64,000 nt of DNA from an uncultured Chloroflexia bacterium (GTDB lineage Bacteria > Chloroflexota > Limnocylindria > Limnocylindrales > CSP1-4), in NCBI GenBank assembly GCA_963712745.1, contig CAVQJC010000017.1, positions 160,001 to 224,000 on the forward strand, read 5' to 3'. This document shows, in pieces, positions 15,944-28,806 of this stretch (position 1 is the first letter of the stretch; every line of letters begins with the position of its first letter). The notes beneath the pieces were generated by a model that ran no database searches, was not told the origin of the DNA, and saw only the letters and a list, made by a program, of their open reading frames with translations. The position numbers and the translations under genes are program-made.

Positions 15944-16020
15944 GTGGAGGAGCTCGAGACGCGAAGACGCGGCACCCCTCCACGGAATGCCGCGCCGTCG
16001 TCCGCGAGTGACTGCCGGAA

Positions 16021-16998
16021 TCAGCCCATGGTCAGGGCCATCACCGCCTTCTGCGCGTGGAGCCGGTTCTCTGCCTCGTCGAAGGCCGCCGACTTGGGCC
16101 CGTCGATGACCGCGTCGGTCACCTCCACGCCACGGTCCGCCGGCAGCGGATGCATCCAGATGGCGTCGTCCGCGGTCATGGCCATGCGACGCTCGTCTGA
16201 GATCCAGTCGGTGTACTTGGACGCGATCTTGGCGCCCTCCTCGTCGGAGACTCCCAGCATGTGAGCACCCCACGACTTGGCGTACACGATGTCGGCGCCG
16301 TCGAAGCCGGCGTCGAAGTCGTCCAGCTTCTCGAACGCCCCGCCGGCCCGGGCCGCGTTGGCCTCGGCCTCAGCCATGATGTCCGGCATCAGCTCGAACT
16401 CGGGCGGATGCACGAGCTTGACGTCCATGCCGAAGCGGGTCGCGGCCAGCAACAGCGACTGCGGCACCGAGATGGGCTTCTGGTAGCTCGAGGCGTAGGC
16501 CCAACTGATGGTGATCGACTGGCCCTTGAGGCGGCCCTTCTTCTCGATGATGGTCATCAGGTCCGCGAGGATCTGGAAGGGGTGGTAGATCTCGCACTGC
16601 ATGTTGAGCACAGGCACGCGGGATGCCTCCGCCACGTCGCGGATGTACTGGTTGCCCTCACCGAAGGTGACGTGCCGGATGGCGATGCCGTCGTTGTAGC
16701 GGCCCAGGATCTCGCCGATCTCCGTGGCCGTGTCGCCGTGCGCGATCTGCGTGGTGCGGCTCTCCATGAACATGCCGTGCCCGCCGAGCTGGGCCATGCC
16801 CGCCTCGAACGAGGCACGCGTGCGTGTGCTGGAGAAGAAGAAGAGCATGGCCAGCGTCTTGTCCAGCAGGTAGGCGTGGCGCTCGCCCAGGGCACGCTTG
16901 CGCTTGAGCTCGAAGGCCACGTCCAGCGCGGTCTCGATCTCCTCGTTGGTCCAGTCCGACAGCGCGATGAGGTCGCGGCCACGGAGTCCGGTCTGCAT
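16021..16998 (-). CDS. Ornithine/YgeW-like carbamoyltransferase
   Basis: SSTRT, HPFQ and MHPLP motifs. The SYQKPISVPQS loop resembles knotted YgeW-type enzymes. Confidence 0.85.
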   Translation of the reverse strand: MQTGLRGRDLIALSDWTNEEIETALDVAFELKRKRALGERHAYLLDKTLAMLFFFSSTRTRASFEAGMAQLGGHGMFMESRTTQIAHGDTATEIGEILGRYNDGIAIRHVTFGEGNQYIRDVAEASRVPVLNMQCEIYHPFQILADLMTIIEKKGRLKGQSITISWAYASSYQKPISVPQSLLLAATRFGMDVKLVHPPEFELMPDIMAEAEANAARAGGAFEKLDDFDAGFDGADIVYAKSWGAHMLGVSDEEGAKIASKYTDWISDERRMAMTADDAIWMHPLPADRGVEVTDAVIDGPKSAAFDEAENRLHAQKAVMALTMG

Positions 16999-17008
16999 GA
17001 TGCGCCCC

Positions 17009-17965
17009 TTACTCGGCCTTGCCCAGGATGAGGGTCAGCAGCGCCATGCGCATGACCACGCCGTTGAAGGCCTCGACCCAGTAGCGGCCGAAACGCGTCT
17101 CGTCGACGTCGGGAGTCAGCTCGTCCATGCGCGGCAGGCTGTGCAGCACGAAGGCATCACGCTTGGCCTTCTCATGGAGCAGCTGCAAGTTGACGCGGTA
17201 CTCGACCGGCGTCAGGCCCTTCTCGACATCCTTCTCGTCCACGCGGCCCTTGGTGTAGTCGGCCTGCACCACCGGCTCCATGTAGATGACGTCGGCCTCG
17301 CCGATGACGTCGCGGATGTCGCCGACCTCACGGTAGTAGGTGGAGCGCTCGTCGAGCTCGGCCTTGAACTCGGGCAGCAGGCTCATCTCCTCTGGGCCGA
17401 TGATGATGGCTTCCATGTCGAATCGGGACATGGCGTAGAGGATCGAGTGCATGGTGCGCATGCGCATGTCGCCAACCAGGATGAGCTTGAGCCCGTCGAG
17501 CGTGCCCTTCTCCTTCCAGATGGTGTAGAGGTCGGTCAGCACCTGGGTGGGATGCTCGCCCCAGCCGTCGCCGCAGTTGATGACGGGCACTGACGACCAC
17601 TTGGCAGCCTCGTGCGGCGCACCCTGCATGTAGTGCCGGATGGCGATGACGTCGCCGTAGTACTCCAGCATGTGGAAGGTGTCCTTGATCGACTCCATGT
17701 AGAAGTCGCCGGCGCGGGTCATCTTGGCGTCACTGAAGCCGAGTACGTGGCCACCGAGCCGGTGCATGGCGGCCTCGGTCGAGAGGCGCGTGCGCGTGGA
17801 CGGCTGGTAGAAGGCGGTCAGCAGTGTCTTGTCGGAGAGCAGGTCGGTATTGCGGCGATCGCGCGCGATGGGAGCGAGGTCGTCACAGACCTGGAAGATG
17901 CGCAGATACTCGTCGCGGGTCATGTCCTTGAGCGACAGGATGTCGCGGCCCTTGAAGCTTCTCAT
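17009..17965 (-). CDS. Aspartate carbamoyltransferase-like protein
   Basis: FYQPSTRTRLS, GDGWGEHPTQ and LHSLPR motifs. Confidence 0.85.
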   Translation of the reverse strand: MRSFKGRDILSLKDMTRDEYLRIFQVCDDLAPIARDRRNTDLLSDKTLLTAFYQPSTRTRLSTEAAMHRLGGHVLGFSDAKMTRAGDFYMESIKDTFHMLEYYGDVIAIRHYMQGAPHEAAKWSSVPVINCGDGWGEHPTQVLTDLYTIWKEKGTLDGLKLILVGDMRMRTMHSILYAMSRFDMEAIIIGPEEMSLLPEFKAELDERSTYYREVGDIRDVIGEADVIYMEPVVQADYTKGRVDEKDVEKGLTPVEYRVNLQLLHEKAKRDAFVLHSLPRMDELTPDVDETRFGRYWVEAFNGVVMRMALLTLILGKAE

Positions 17966-17985
17966 CGGGGGTTCTCTTCCTCCTG

Positions 17986-19409
17986 CTAGTGGGGACTGGG
18001 GGCGTCAGCGTGCCGTCGGGCGCCGCTGAAGATCACTGCCACGGTCTCGTCAGGGCGGACGATCGCGTCGCGGGTGAGCTGGATGAGGCCGGCGAGGCCG
18101 GCGGTTCCGGTGTGGTCGGCGTCGATCCCGAGGTCGGGGCGAGCCAGGGCATTGGCAGCTTCGAGCGTAGCCTCGTCGACCACGACCGAGCGGCCGCCGG
18201 TCACGAGCATGGCCCGGACGACGGCCAGCCAATCGTACGTCTCATCGTCGAGGATGCCGTGGGCGACCGATACCGGCTCGGTCTCCCAGGCCCACATGAA
18301 GTCGGAGCGGTGCCGGGCGATGACCTCCAGGCCGTGCTCCGCGGCCTCGGCCGGGATGGGCACACCCTCGATGGCGCCGAGCTGGCCGAGCACGCGCTCG
18401 TAGGCACGCGCCAGCGGGTATCCACCCTCTGTCTGGACGGTGTCGATGACGGGCATGCGCTCGAGCTGGCCGAAGGCGACTGCCTCGTCGAGCGCCTGCG
18501 CTGTGGCGGAGGCGAAGGCCCCGCCCCCGACGTGGATGACCAGTCGGTCGAGCGCGGAGGCGTCGTCGGGCAGTTGGTCGATGAGCTCCCAGCCCAGGGT
18601 CTGACCGCCCTCGATGACGAGCCCGTTGAGATTGCCCTGCACGGTGAAGGGCACGGCTCCCGCACCGATGGCCTCCATCAGGCGATGCACGGTGGGGTCA
18701 CCCGGGTCCCCGGCCTGTCGCTGGCAGACCTCGATCTCGGCCTTGAGGGCGCGCAGACGATCGACCACGGCCGGCTCTGCCGATGTGGGTACGAACACCA
18801 GCAAGCGCCGCCGCGCGGCGCGGGCCACGACCGCCGCAGCCAGGGCGGCGTTGCCGCAGGAGGCGATGGCCAGCGGCGCGTCGGGATCGGCCTGCCCCAG
18901 TGCCTCGGCCACGTTGAGCGCAAGCATCACGCCCATGAGGTGGCGCGCCTTGTGCGATCCCGAGACATTGCCGGTCTCGTCCTTGACCCACACGCCAGCA
19001 CCGTGTGTGAAGCCGAGCTCCGTGTCCAGACTGGTCGAGCGCACGATGGGCGTGGCTCGGAAGCCGCGGCCGTCGACCTGCGCGATGGCCTCGTCGAGGC
19101 CGCACACGAGGTCGAGGTAGCGCCGGTCACTCCAGCCCGCGGCGCGGGCCACGTGGTAGCTGTGGAAGCGGCGCCGGTAGCGCACGAAGGGGTTGGCCGA
19201 TGGCTCCTCGTCGGGCTCCGCGGTCGCAGCGGCCACGGCGGCCGCATCGAGCACCCGTCGCAGGACGTGGTCGGTGTCATCGTCGGTCCCGGCCTTGGGG
19301 CAGACCCAGGCGACGGGTCGCTCGAGAGGCACCTGCGCCCCGCAGCCGGCACAGACGAGCCGGCTGGCGCCGAGCGTGGCTGCCTCCGCGGGCCGCGGAC
19401 CGGTCACCG

Positions 19410-19413
<4 letters not shown>
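17986..19413 (-). CDS. PLP-dependent threonine-synthase-like enzyme (fold type II)
   Basis: N-terminal CAGCG..CP, then KDETGNVSGSHKAR and ASCGN. GTGA overlap with the upstream gene. Confidence 0.8.
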
Positions 19414-20897
<1,484 letters not shown>

Positions 20898-21097
20898 CGT
20901 CGCCTCCGTTGTCTTCGTCTTCAGCCGTCGCCATAGAAGGCAGCTCGCCTCGTCTGTGCGACGGATGGCCGACCGTGGCCGTGCCTGCGGGATGGGCGGC
21001 ATCAGCTTGTCGGTTGCGCCTAGCCTAACGGTGTCTGTTGAAGGTAGGGTGGTGCTAGGGCCACATGGCCCCGCGTCACGCACGAATGGCAGGACAC

Positions 21098-23707
21098 GTG
21101 GACATCACCCTCAACGGCCGGCCCCGCTCGGTCGATCCCGCTCCCGGAACATCCCTCCTCCAGCTGCTTCGCGGCGACCTCGGGCTGCGCTCGATGAAGG
21201 ATGGCTGCGCGCCCGAAGGCTCCTGCGGCGCCTGCACCGTCATCGTCGACGGCCGTCCGGTCGTTTCCTGCGCCCAGCCGGCCGAGCGCTTCGAGGGCAA
21301 GGACATCGAGACGCTGGAGGGCCTGCCCGACGATTCCCGCGAGCTGTGGGCCGACGCCTTCAGTGCCACCGGTGCCTCCCAGTGCGGCTACTGCACGCCG
21401 GGCATCGTGATGAAGGCGGAAGCGCTGCTGCGGCGCGAGCCGGATCCGGGTCGGGAGGTCATCACCAAGGCGCTGGCGGGCAACCTCTGTCGTTGCACCG
21501 GCTATCTCTCCATCATCGATGCCATCGGGCAGGTGGCGGATGCTCGCAACGGCGGGCCCCGGCCGGTACCGCACCCCGGAGCTGCGATAGGCGACCCCGC
21601 GCCCAAGTACCGCTCGCGCGAGCAGGTGCTGGGCATGCAGGAGTACGTGGCCGACCATGTCGTGCCGGGCATGCTCCACGGCGCCCTGCGCTTCTCCGAC
21701 CATCCGCGGGCGGTGGTCAGGGCCATCGATACCTCCGCTGCCGAGGCCGCGCCCGGCGTGGTCGCCGTCATCACCGCCGCGGACGTTCCCGGCAAGCGCA
21801 ACCAGGGCCTCATCAAGGACGACTGGCGGCAGCTGGTCGCGGTCGGTGAGACCACGCGCTACGTGGGTGACGTGCTGGCTGCGGTCGCGGCCGAGACCCG
21901 GGCCCAGGCTCGCGCGGCGGCGGAGCTCATCGAGGTCGAGTACGAGGTGCTCACTCCTGTCACCGACCCCTTCGAGGCCATGGTCGAAGGAGCGCCTCAG
22001 GTCGCGCCCGGCGGCAACGTGCTCTCGAACTCGGCCTACACGCGTGGCGACGTGGAGGCTGCCTTCGCGGACTCGGCTCACGTCGTCTCCGAGTCGTTCA
22101 GGACCGCCGGCATCGAGCACGCCTATCTCGAGCCCGAGTCGAGCCTGGCCGTGCCGCAGACCGGCGAGGGGGCGCGCATGCTCGTGCTCTCGCAGGGCCA
22201 GGGCGCCTGGGAGGACCGACGCCAGATCGCCTCCCTGCTGGGCTGGGAACCGACCGACGTGCTGGTCACGCAAGTCGCCACCGGCGGCGCCTTCGGCGGC
22301 AAGGAGGACCTCAACGTGCAGGGCCACGCCGCGCTGCTCGCTCTCAAGACCGATCGGCCGGTGCTGCTGGCGCTGTCGCGCGCCGACTCCCTGCGTTTCT
22401 CCATCAAGCGCCACCGCTTCTGGATGGAGTACACGGTGGCCTGCGACGCCGAGGGCATCCTCACCGGCGTCAGGGCCCGCTTCATCGGCGACAACGGCGG
22501 TTACGCCAGCGTCGGGGCCAAGGTCCTCGAGCGCGCGGCCGGACATGCCTGCAGCGCCTACAAGGTGCCCAACGTCGACGTCCAGGCCAACGCCATCCTG
22601 ACCAACAACCCGCCCTGCGGTGCCATGCGCGGCTTTGGTGCCAACCAGGCCAACTTCGGCATGGAGACGCTGCTCGACCGGCTCGCGGAGCAGGTCGGCA
22701 TCGACGGCTGGGAGATCCGCTGGCGCAACGCGCTCGCGGAGGGCGACCGCTTCGGCACCGGCCAGAAGCTAGGCCCGGGTGTCGGGCTCAAGGACACGCT
22801 GCTGGCGGTCAAGGACCAGTACCGGAACGCCAGGTACGCGGGCATCGCCTGCGGCGCCAAGAACACCGGCATCGGCAACGGCATGAAGGAGTTCGGCCGG
22901 GCCGTGGTGCGGCCCGAGGGTGACGGCAGGCTCACCGTCTTCCACAGCTGGACCGAGATGGGCCAGGGCACCCATACGGTCATGCGCCAGATCGCCAGCG
23001 ACGAGCTGGACCTGGCGCCAGAGGTCATCAGCGTCGTGGTCGACACCAGCCACGAGCTCGACACCGGCATCACCACTGCCTCTCGCGCCACGATGCTCGG
23101 CGGGCGGGCCGTGCTGCAGGCCTGTCAGGACCTGCGCCGCGAGATGGTCAAGCGACGCTGCCGGCTCGACGACCTGGCCGGCGAGGAGTTCCCGGCCGAG
23201 ATCCTGGTCGACTGGACCACGCCGCTCGGCGCCGACGTGGAGGAGCCCATCACTCACTTCGGCTACGGCTGGGCGACCCAGGTCTGCATCCTCGACGACG
23301 AGGGCCGCATCGAGAAGTTCATCGCCGCCCATGACGTGGGCAAGGCTCTCGATCCACTGATGCTCGAAGGCCAGGTCGTAGGCGGCGTGCACATGGGCCT
23401 GGGCCACACGCTCAGCGAGACCTTCGAGACCGAGGGCGGCTTCCCGGTCACCGACACCATCAAGTCGCTCAACATCATCCCCGCTTCGGGCATGCCGCCG
23501 GTCGAGACCATCCTCATCGAGGAGCACCAGCCCGAGGGTCCGTACGGTGCCAAGGGCATGGGTGAGGCGGTGCTGGTGCCCACGGCTGCGGCGGTAGCCG
23601 GCGCGCTCTATGCCTTCGACGGCGTGCGGCGGACCGATCTGCCGATGCGCGACTCGCCGGCCGCACTGGCGGCCGTGCCCAAGCTGCGCCGGCGCAAGGG
23701 AGGTTGA
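21098..23707 (+). CDS. Molybdenum hydroxylase (selenium-dependent xanthine dehydrogenase-like), fused 2Fe-2S and Mo domains
   Basis: KDGC..GSCGACT, QCGYCTPG, NLCRCTGY, GGAFGGK, AMRGFG and YGAKGMGE motifs. Confidence 0.9.
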   Translation: MDITLNGRPRSVDPAPGTSLLQLLRGDLGLRSMKDGCAPEGSCGACTVIVDGRPVVSCAQPAERFEGKDIETLEGLPDDSRELWADAFSATGASQCGYCTPGIVMKAEALLRREPDPGREVITKALAGNLCRCTGYLSIIDAIGQVADARNGGPRPVPHPGAAIGDPAPKYRSREQVLGMQEYVADHVVPGMLHGALRFSDHPRAVVRAIDTSAAEAAPGVVAVITAADVPGKRNQGLIKDDWRQLVAVGETTRYVGDVLAAVAAETRAQARAAAELIEVEYEVLTPVTDPFEAMVEGAPQVAPGGNVLSNSAYTRGDVEAAFADSAHVVSESFRTAGIEHAYLEPESSLAVPQTGEGARMLVLSQGQGAWEDRRQIASLLGWEPTDVLVTQVATGGAFGGKEDLNVQGHAALLALKTDRPVLLALSRADSLRFSIKRHRFWMEYTVACDAEGILTGVRARFIGDNGGYASVGAKVLERAAGHACSAYKVPNVDVQANAILTNNPPCGAMRGFGANQANFGMETLLDRLAEQVGIDGWEIRWRNALAEGDRFGTGQKLGPGVGLKDTLLAVKDQYRNARYAGIACGAKNTGIGNGMKEFGRAVVRPEGDGRLTVFHSWTEMGQGTHTVMRQIASDELDLAPEVISVVVDTSHELDTGITTASRATMLGGRAVLQACQDLRREMVKRRCRLDDLAGEEFPAEILVDWTTPLGADVEEPITHFGYGWATQVCILDDEGRIEKFIAAHDVGKALDPLMLEGQVVGGVHMGLGHTLSETFETEGGFPVTDTIKSLNIIPASGMPPVETILIEEHQPEGPYGAKGMGEAVLVPTAAAVAGALYAFDGVRRTDLPMRDSPAALAAVPKLRRRKGG

Positions 23708-23709
23708 CC

Positions 23710-25062
23710 ATGAGCCTGCTCATCGCGAACGGAACCGTCGTCACCTCGCTCGACCCCATCGCGGTCGAGCAGGCGGACGTGCTCATCGGCGGTGGCCATA
23801 TCGTCGGGCTGGGGAGCCCCGAACAGGAGGAGCCGGCCGAACGCGTGGTGCAGGAGTGCATCGACGCCTCGGGCTGCCTGGTCATCCCCGGCAACGTCAA
23901 CGCTCACATGCACCTCTACTCGGCGCTGGCCCGGGGCATGCCCTATCACCTGGAGCCGCCGACCAACTTCCTGCAGATCCTGCAGCGCGTGTGGTGGCGC
24001 CTGGACCGTGCCCTCGATGACGAGTCGGTGCGGGCCTCGGTGCTGCTGGGCGGGATGGAGGCGCTGCTGGCAGGGACGACCACGCTCGTCGACCACCACG
24101 CCTCGCCCAACGCCATCGAGGGCACGCTCGACGTGGTGGCCGAGGCACTCTCGTCGCTCGGGCTGCGCTCGGTCTGCTGCTACGAGGTCTCTGACCGAGA
24201 TGGTCCCGAGCGGGCCCGGGCCGGCCTCGACGAGAGTCGCCGTTTCGCGGCCCGCTGTGCGACCGGCGAACTGCCGCTGGCGCGGGCCATGGTCGGCGCG
24301 CACGCGTCGTTCACGTTGTCCGACGGAACGCTGGACGAGTGTGTCGACATCGCGCAGGACGCGGGAGTGGGCATCCATATCCATGCCGCCGAGGACGCTG
24401 CCGACGAGGTCGATGCCGAGCGGCGCTACGGGAAGCGGGTGGCCGCGCGCCTGGCCGACGCGGGTGCTCTCGACGAGCGCACCCTGCTGGCCCACGGCGT
24501 CCATCTCGACGACGACGAGGTACGGCTGGTGCGGGCCGCGGGCTCGACGCTGGCGCACAACGCCCGCTCGAACATGAACAACAACGTGGGGCGCACGCCG
24601 CTGGCAGGTCTCGGCGAGCGCGTCGCACTGGGCACCGACGGCATCGGCTCGGATATGTTCACCGAGTCCCAGGCTGCCTTCTTCCGGCTGATGGAGGATG
24701 GCGGCGCCGGCTACGACTGGCCGCTGGCGCGGCTGTCGGTGAGCGCCTCGGTGGCGGGATCCGCCTTCGGCGAGCCGGCCCTCGGGCGCATCGAGCCGGG
24801 GGCTCCGGCCGACATCACCATCCTCGACTACGACGCGCCCACGCCCATGGACGCGGGCACGCTGGCCGGCCACTGGCTCTTCGGCCTGGGCTCGCGGCAC
24901 GTGCGCGACGTGGTCGTGGCCGGCCGCGCGGTCGTGCGCGACCGTCGCCTGACACTCGTCGACCAGGACGAGATCGTGGCCAGCGCCCGCAGCGAGGCAG
25001 CCAGGCTGTGGGGCATCCTCGATACCATCGATGCTCACCCGTACGACCCCGCGGAGGCGTGA
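23710..25062 (+). CDS. ssnA: SsnA-like aminohydrolase (amidohydrolase superfamily)
   Basis: NAHMHLYSALARG, FLQILQRVWWRLDRALD, DHHASP and HIHAAE motifs. Lies between xdh and ygfK. Confidence 0.85.
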   Translation: MSLLIANGTVVTSLDPIAVEQADVLIGGGHIVGLGSPEQEEPAERVVQECIDASGCLVIPGNVNAHMHLYSALARGMPYHLEPPTNFLQILQRVWWRLDRALDDESVRASVLLGGMEALLAGTTTLVDHHASPNAIEGTLDVVAEALSSLGLRSVCCYEVSDRDGPERARAGLDESRRFAARCATGELPLARAMVGAHASFTLSDGTLDECVDIAQDAGVGIHIHAAEDAADEVDAERRYGKRVAARLADAGALDERTLLAHGVHLDDDEVRLVRAAGSTLAHNARSNMNNNVGRTPLAGLGERVALGTDGIGSDMFTESQAAFFRLMEDGGAGYDWPLARLSVSASVAGSAFGEPALGRIEPGAPADITILDYDAPTPMDAGTLAGHWLFGLGSRHVRDVVVAGRAVVRDRRLTLVDQDEIVASARSEAARLWGILDTIDAHPYDPAEA

Positions 25063-25092
25063 GGCGGGCCGCGGACCAGGGGGAGACAGGGC

Positions 25093-28000
25093 ATGAGTGA
25101 CCGCTTCCATCCCATCTCGATGGAACAACTGACCGACTGGGTCTTCGACGAGCTGGAACTGAGGGACTCGCTCTTCGGCATACCTCGCTCGGCCTTCTTC
25201 GTGCCCGGCGAGGCCGACCGCTTGCGCGTGGCGGTCTACGGCCAGACGCTGGAGACGCCGTTCGGGGTAGCCGCCGGCCCGCACACCCAGATGGCCCAGA
25301 ACATCATCGTGTCCTGGCTGGTGGGGGCTCGCTTCATCGAGCTCAAGACGGTCCAGACGCTCGATGAGCTGGAGGTCGCCAAGCCCTGTATCGACGTCGA
25401 GGACGAGGGCTACAACGTCGAGTGGAGCCAGGAGCTCAAGATCTTCGAGTCGTTCGACGAGTACCTCCGCGCCTGGGTGCTCATCCACGCGCTGCACCAC
25501 CGGCTCGGCTTCCCCGGCGACCGGCCCGGGATGATCTTCAACATGAGCGTGGGCTACAACCTGGAGGGCATCCAGAAGCCCAACGTGCAGTGGTACCTGG
25601 ACACCATGGCCGACGCCTCGGCCTACCTGCCGGCCTACCTCGATATCGTCGCCCGCCGCTACCCACAGGTCCGCGAGCTGGAGATCCCGGCTTGCGTGTC
25701 TGACACCATGACGCTCTCCACCATGCACGGCTGTCCGCCCGAGGAGATCGAGCGCATCTCCCTCTACCTACTCGAGGAGCGGGGGCTGCACACGTCGGTC
25801 AAGTGCAACCCCACCCTGCTGGGAGCCGACCGCGTCCGCCGCATCATCAACGAGGATCTCGCCTTCGTCGACGTGCCCGTTCCGGACGAGGCCTTCGGCC
25901 ACGACCTCAAGTACGAGGACGCGGTGCCCATGTTCCACAACCTGCGCCGGGTCGCGGCGGCACAGGGGCTCGAGTTCGGGCTCAAGCTCTCGAACACGCT
26001 CGAGGTCGAGAACTGGCGCACCCGCTTCGACGGGGACGGGATGATGTACCTCTCCGGCCGGGCCCTGCACCCGGTGACCACCAACCTCGCGGCGCGCCTG
26101 TCGGAGGACTTCCGCGGCGGCCTGATGCTCTCGTACGCCGGTGGTGCCGACTGCTACAACGTGGCCGAGCTGCTGGCTGCCGGCATGAAGACCGTGACGG
26201 TCTGCTCCGACCTGCTCAAGACCGGCGGCTACCTGCGCATGTCGCAGTACACCGAGAACCTGGCCGCGGCCATGGCGGAGACCGGCGCGGTCGACCTGGC
26301 CGACCTGGTCGCCCGTCGGGCCATCGCGAGCGATGGTTTCGGGGAGTTCGTGCCGCTGCTGAAGTGGTCGGCGCTGTCCGACAGCGGCCTGGCCCTGGGT
26401 GACGACGACTGCGAAGCGTTGGCCGCCTCGCTCGCCGAGGGCGAGGAGCCGGTGGTCGACCGCGTGGCGGCCTGGGCCACCGGCATCGGTTTCGACGAGA
26501 CTCGTTCGGCCGCCTTGCGTGGCCTGGTGGCCAGGGTGCTGGCCCGCATCAACCTCCGCTCATATGCCCAGGCCGTGCGCTCGGACTGGCGCTATCACAA
26601 GCGGTCGCTCCGCACCGACCGCTCCAAGACGACGCGGGAACTGGGGCTCTTCGACTGCATCGAGGCGCCCTGCACCGACGAATGCCCGGTCGACCAGAAG
26701 GTGCCCCAGTACATGGACGCGGTGCGCCGGGGTGACTTCGCCCAGGCCGTGCGCATCACCCGCGAGGACAACCCGCTGCCCTCCATCCTGGGCCAGGTCT
26801 GCGACCACCTCTGCGAGAACACCTGCATCCGCACCCACCTCGACCAGCCGCTGGCCATCCGCCACATCAAGCGCTTCATCATGGAGCAGGAGCAGCCCAT
26901 CGAGCTGGGGCCCAAGCCGCGCAGCGGGCCCAGGGTGGCCATCATCGGTGCCGGCCCCGCGGGCCTGGCGGCCGCGCAGGAGCTGGGCTTCGCCGGCTTC
27001 GCGGTGACCATCTTCGAGTCCCACCCCTACGCCGGCGGCATGGTCGGCGGCGCCATCCCCGAGTACCGGCTGCCCCAGGCCAAGATCGACCAGGACCTGG
27101 CGTTGCTCGAGCGGCTGGGCGTGGAGATCAGCTACGGTCAGACGGCCGGGGTGGACGTCACCCTCGATGGCTTGCGCTCGGACGGGTTCGAGGCCATCTT
27201 CGTGGCCATCGGCGCGCAGCGGGCCAAGCACCTCGGCCTCGAAGGCGAGGATGCCGAGGGTGTGATGGACGCCCTGCACTTCCTGCGCAGCGTGCGCGAG
27301 GGTGATCCCGTGCCCATCGGGGCCCGGGTCGGCGTCATCGGGGCAGGGGACACGGCCATGGACGCGGTCCGCTCCGCGTTGCGGGTGGGCGCCCGGGAGG
27401 CCCTGCTCGTCTATCGCCGCACCGTCGACCAGATGCCGGCCGATCCCGAGGAGATCCACGCCTGTCGCGAGGAGGGCGTAGGGATCGTGGAGCTGGCCAA
27501 GCCTGCGTCTCTGCATGTCGAGGACGGCAAGCTGGTGGGGCTGATCTGCAGGCGCATGGAGTACCGGGGTGACCGCGACGCCGGAGGTCGGAAGGTCCCC
27601 CACGAGGTCCCGGGATCCGAGTTCGAGATCCCGCTCGACACGCTCATCCTGGCTATCAGCCAGCACTCGGAGCTGGACCTCTTCGGGGCCGAACAGCCGG
27701 CTCTGACCGAGCGCGGCTACATCGACGTCGATCCGTTCACGTTCGAGACCTCCATCCCCGGGGTCTACGCCGGCGGCGACGTGGCGGCAGACGGACCCTC
27801 GTCCATCGTCAAGGCGGCCGCGGAGGGCAAGGCCGTGGCGGCGGCCATCATGGCCGCGCAGGGTGGGGCGCCGGAGGCTGCGGAGGTCGCTGCCGAGCAG
27901 GTCGACCTCCACGAGATGATCGTTCGGCGTGCGCGCCGCGAGTACCGCACGCCCATCCGCTTCACTCCGCTCGAGGCACGCGGCGGGTTCGAGCAGACGG

Positions 28001-28656
28001 TCGTGGGCTATACGCCCCAGCAGGCCCAGGCGGAGGCGGGGCGCTGCCTCGACTGCCACGAGATGTGCAGCCTGTGCGTGGGCGTCTGCCCCAACATGGC
28101 GCTGATGACGTACGCGTCCGAGCCGTTCACCGCGGCGCTGCCGGAGCTGCGAGTGCAGGGTGGCGCAGTGGTAGCCGGAGAGCGGCACGCCTACCGCGCA
28201 CAGCAGACGCTCCAGATCGCGGTGCTGACCGACTTCTGCAACGAATGCGGCAACTGCACCACGGCCTGCCCCACGTCCGGCGATCCCTACCGCGACAAGC
28301 CGCGGCTCTACCTGGATCGGTCCGATTTCGAGGAGCAGGCGGACAATGCCTTCATGCTCCTGGACGACGGCACGATCGAGGCTCGCGTGGGCGGTCGGAC
28401 GCACCGGCTCACCATCAACGGCGCGATCGAGTACCACGCGCCGTCACTCGAGGCCCGACTCGACCCCGAGACTTTCGCGCTCCGGGAAGTCACCGCTCGT
28501 CCCACGGCGACCGAGGGTGAGGCGCTCTCGCTCGAGCCGGCCGCGGACATGTACGTCCTGCTGCGCGGGCTCCAGGGGTCGATGGCGCATCTGCCCACGG
28601 TAGCCGTCGGCGGCGAGGGGGGGACCCGCGTGGCGCACCCCGGCTACGCCGGCTAG
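25093..28656 (+). CDS. ygfK: YgfK-like Fe-S flavoprotein (putative selenate reductase subunit)
   Basis: GVAAGPHTQMAQNII, ELKTVQ, TLSTMHGCPPEEIE, GAGPAG and C-terminal CNECGNC motifs. Confidence 0.9.
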   Translation: MSDRFHPISMEQLTDWVFDELELRDSLFGIPRSAFFVPGEADRLRVAVYGQTLETPFGVAAGPHTQMAQNIIVSWLVGARFIELKTVQTLDELEVAKPCIDVEDEGYNVEWSQELKIFESFDEYLRAWVLIHALHHRLGFPGDRPGMIFNMSVGYNLEGIQKPNVQWYLDTMADASAYLPAYLDIVARRYPQVRELEIPACVSDTMTLSTMHGCPPEEIERISLYLLEERGLHTSVKCNPTLLGADRVRRIINEDLAFVDVPVPDEAFGHDLKYEDAVPMFHNLRRVAAAQGLEFGLKLSNTLEVENWRTRFDGDGMMYLSGRALHPVTTNLAARLSEDFRGGLMLSYAGGADCYNVAELLAAGMKTVTVCSDLLKTGGYLRMSQYTENLAAAMAETGAVDLADLVARRAIASDGFGEFVPLLKWSALSDSGLALGDDDCEALAASLAEGEEPVVDRVAAWATGIGFDETRSAALRGLVARVLARINLRSYAQAVRSDWRYHKRSLRTDRSKTTRELGLFDCIEAPCTDECPVDQKVPQYMDAVRRGDFAQAVRITREDNPLPSILGQVCDHLCENTCIRTHLDQPLAIRHIKRFIMEQEQPIELGPKPRSGPRVAIIGAGPAGLAAAQELGFAGFAVTIFESHPYAGGMVGGAIPEYRLPQAKIDQDLALLERLGVEISYGQTAGVDVTLDGLRSDGFEAIFVAIGAQRAKHLGLEGEDAEGVMDALHFLRSVREGDPVPIGARVGVIGAGDTAMDAVRSALRVGAREALLVYRRTVDQMPADPEEIHACREEGVGIVELAKPASLHVEDGKLVGLICRRMEYRGDRDAGGRKVPHEVPGSEFEIPLDTLILAISQHSELDLFGAEQPALTERGYIDVDPFTFETSIPGVYAGGDVAADGPSSIVKAAAEGKAVAAAIMAAQGGAPEAAEVAAEQVDLHEMIVRRARREYRTPIRFTPLEARGGFEQTVVGYTPQQAQAEAGRCLDCHEMCSLCVGVCPNMALMTYASEPFTAALPELRVQGGAVVAGERHAYRAQQTLQIAVLTDFCNECGNCTTACPTSGDPYRDKPRLYLDRSDFEEQADNAFMLLDDGTIEARVGGRTHRLTINGAIEYHAPSLEARLDPETFALREVTARPTATEGEALSLEPAADMYVLLRGLQGSMAHLPTVAVGGEGGTRVAHPGYAG

Positions 28657-28806
28657 CAGCGGAGTCTCGCCCTGGCCTTCACCGCTCGAAACTCACCCTT
28701 CGGTCGAGCCGCGCGTCGGGGGCGCGGCCGGCCTCCTGGCCAGCCGCACCGCGACCCGGAGGAGGACGCGTCTACGCAGGAGCGCGGATTCGCGCGCCTG
28801 ACTGGC